NCBI RefSeq assembly: GCF_963921235.1
Contig: NC_086107.1
Location: 114,454,001-114,518,000 of the forward strand
Length of the DNA stretch: 64,000 nucleotides
Direction: 5' to 3'
DNA from: Mobula hypostoma
Lineage: Eukaryota
The notes below the pieces were generated by a model. The model had not been told where the DNA came from, ran no database searches, and saw nothing but the letters and a program-made list of their open reading frames with translations. The position numbers were made by a program, and so were the translations under genes. Shown here in pieces: positions 61,205 through 64,000 of this stretch; position 1 is the stretch's first letter; every line of letters begins with the position of its first letter.

Positions 61205-62205
61205 GTTGGGGGTGCGAACGGCAGGAATACATGGGAAAGGATGGTGTCCTGTTGGGAGTGCGGACAGTGGGAATGAACGGGAAAGGATGGTGTCCTGGTG
61301 GGAGTGCGGACGGTGGGAATGAACGGGAAAGGATGGTGTCCTGGTGGGAGTGCGGACGGTGGGAATGAACAGGAAAGGATGGTGTCCTGTTGGGAGTGCA
61401 GACAGTGGGCATGAATGGGAAAGGATGGTGTCCTGGTGGGAGTGCGGACGGTGGGAATGAACGGGAAGGGGTGAGATTCATCAGGAGTGCGGACGGTGGG
61501 AATGAACAGGAAAGGATGGTGGCCTGTTGGGAGTGCGGACGGTGGGAATGAACGGGAAAGGATGGTGTCCTGGTGGGAGTGCGGACGGTGGGAATGAACG
61601 GGAAGGGGTGAGATTCATCAGGAGTGCGGACAGTGGGAATGAACAGGAAAGGAAGGTGTCCTGTTGGGAGTGCGGACGGTGGGAATGAACCGGAAAGGAT
61701 GGTGTCCTGGTGGGAGTGCGGACGGTGGGAATGAACGGGAAGGGGTGAGATTCATCAGGAGTGCGGACAGTGGGAATGAATGGGAAAGGATGTTGTCCTG
61801 GTGGGAACAAATGGGAAAGGATGGGGTCCTGGTGGGAATGAATGGAAAAGGATGGTGTCCTGGTGGGAGTGCGGACGGTGGGAATGAACGGGAAAGGATG
61901 GTGTCCCGTTGGGAGTGCGGACAGTGGGAATGAATGGGAAAGGATGGTGTCCTGGTGGGAGTGCGGACGGTGGGAATGAACGGGAAAGGATGGTGTCCCG
62001 TTGGGAGTGCGGACGGTGGGAATGAACGGGAAGGGGTGAGATTCATCAGGAGTGCGGACCGTGGGAATGAATGGTAAGGGATGGGGTCCCGTTGGGAGTG
62101 CGCACAATGGGAGCAAACCGAAAGGGGTGACATCCCACTGGGAGTGCAGACGGTGGAAGAGAATGAAAAGGGCTGGGTCACATTGGGAGTGCCGTTGATG
62201 GGAGT
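61205..62205. repeat. 46-bp minisatellite in last BCKDK coding intron
   Basis: GGGAGTGCGGACGGTGGGAATGAACGGGAAAGGATGGTGTCCTGGT tandem copies with an AGGGGTGAGATTCATCA variant. Confidence 0.96.
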
Positions 62206-62225
62206 CAGTGAGATGGGACACTTAC

Positions 62226-62387
62226 CCGTGCATGGGGCTGGACTGGCCACTGTTAACCATGTCCACCATGTTTCCCAGCATGGTGTTGCACAGCAGGTCC
62301 TGGTTGCTGGATCCTGCCGTTGTGAAGTGGTAGTCCATCACCCTGTGGAGGCTCTCGTGTGGAATCCCTCCTCCTCGGTCTGAAATC
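62226..62387 (-). CDS. BCKDK: BCKDK penultimate coding exon (GHKL ATP-binding domain)
   Basis: cccag|(R)[25 protein letters not shown]...GQSSPMH(G)|gtaagt; DxGGG G1 box and VMDYHFTTA match BCKDK; 162 nt, phase 2-2. Upstream exons lie beyond the window. Confidence 0.95.
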
Positions 62388-63404
62388 CTGGGAACGATAG
62401 CGGGGGCACATTTGACGGAACTCCCTATGTTACCCTTCACGTGTGGTTCAGCTAGTAAGCCTGGAGCAACCGTTTCTACTGAGAGGAGAAGGGGCAAGGG
62501 TGGGCTATTGGCACCTTAAAACCAGTTGCTTCAGGCAAATAGGACTCGACAGCCATGGTTGGCAGCTCAGCTAGGAGATGAAAATTCTGATCTCAAACCT
62601 CTGCTGCCTTGCCGCTACACCCTACGCTCCAAGGGAAAGGTCCAGAGCTGGGGTCCCCAGGGCAGTCCTACAGAGTTCAACGCTGACTGGCAACTCCTGT
62701 GACGCTGCTGCTGCCAAACTGTATCGGTCTCCGCCGTTCCTTTGGGTTCATCGGATACGTAGAGAGGGGGAGCCTACTGCATGGGCAACAGCTTGCTCTC
62801 CATATCACACTGCCCAGGCTTGTGTACTCAGACTGCTAGGACCCAATATCCATAGTCAGCTCTGACCGTCAGAAGCCCTCACTTCACCTCTCATTACCTA
62901 TACAGTCACTCATTGAAGATAAACGCCCTCTGGCCCAACCAAACCCTGCTGCCCAAAGTGCTCACCCAGCTAGGCCCAGTCTCCTGTTTTTGCCCCCTAT
63001 CCTTCGAAACGCTTATCAAGTGCTTCTTAAATGATGCAGTTGTACCTACCTCAACCACTTCCATAAACCCTCCACCCTCGAACAAAAAAAGCTGCCCCTT
63101 GGGTCCCTGTCTCTTCATTACTCTGGGAAAAGACCGTGACCGTCCACCTTCTCTCTGCCCCGCATGATTTTGTGAAAGTATAAGGCTGCTTCTCATTGTC
63201 CAATGTTGCCTGGATACCCGTTCCCTCTAACTCAGGCCGTCCAGTTCAGGCAACGTGCTGGTAAACCTGTTCTGAATTCCTTTCTGGTTTCAGTATGTCC
63301 CTCCCATCACAGGGTCACCAAACCTGCTCACAACATTCCTTGTGTGGCCTCATGTACCCACACGTAACTGTTCTATAGCGAGCACGGTGCTCACAGGAGG
63401 GAGA

Positions 63405-64000
63405 GATTGTGTGGGGGAATCTGTATTAATGTCAGCAGGGATACAGCAGTGACAGTGCAGGGGGAGAGGGGTCACTGAGGGATGGTGTGAGGGAGCTGGA
63501 TTAACGTCAGTGGGGATACAGTCAGTGACAGTGCAGGGGGAGAGGGGTCACTGAGGGACAGTGTGGGGGAGCTGGATTAACGTCAGTGGGAATACTGTTA
63601 GTGACAGTGCAGGAGAGAGGGGTCACTGAGGGACAGTGTGGGGGAATCTGTATTAATGTCAGCAGGGATACAACAGTGACAGTGCAGGGGGAGAGGGGTC
63701 ACTGAGGGATGGTGTGAGGGAGCTGGATTAACGTCAGTGGGGATACAGTCAGTGACAGGATGCTGGGGGAGAGGGGTCACTGAGGGATGGTGTGGGGGAG
63801 CTGGATTAACGTCAGTGGGGATACAGTCAGTGACAGTGCGCTGGGGGAGAGGGGTCACTGAGGGACGGTGTGAGGGAGCTGGATTAACATCAGTGGGGAT
63901 ACAGTCAGTGACAGGATGCTGGGGGAGAGGGGTCACTGAGGGATGGTGTGGGGGAGCTCGATTAACGTCAGTGGGGATACAGTCAGTGACAGGATGCTGG
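63405..64000. repeat. 75-78 bp minisatellite in BCKDK intron, runs off window
   Basis: GAGAGGGGTCACTGAGGGA...GGATTAACGTCAGTGGGGATACAGTCAGTGACAG repeated at 75-78 bp spacing. Confidence 0.95.

Overview
Eukaryotic vertebrate genomic DNA. The repeat content (CR1, Rex1/Babar-type and Tx1/L1 LINEs, Penelope-like fragments, V-SINE-like elements) suggests a cartilaginous fish; this is inference. Two spliced minus-strand genes are present. The first is an apparently complete FBXL19 (CxxC-PHD-F-box-LRR, no JmjC): 10 coding exons from 53406 down to 10791, all GT-AG with compatible phases, about 726 aa. The second is the last two coding exons of BCKDK (62387-62226 and 61065-60921). FBXL19 has a CpG-island promoter with a cluster of ZNF143-type motifs. 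Its 24.6-kb intron 7 is almost entirely a G-rich minisatellite with a ~6.2-kb higher-order duplication. The giant ORFs in the supplied track are artefacts of this repeat. Most notable observations: a first exon resembling the KDM2B short-isoform leader, stacked uORFs, a nearly AG-free 24-kb intron, Penelope-associated hammerhead ribozyme motifs, and a ~33-bp-periodic array of NF-kB-like sites between the two genes. TE boundaries are approximate. Protein comparisons are from memory, not database searches.
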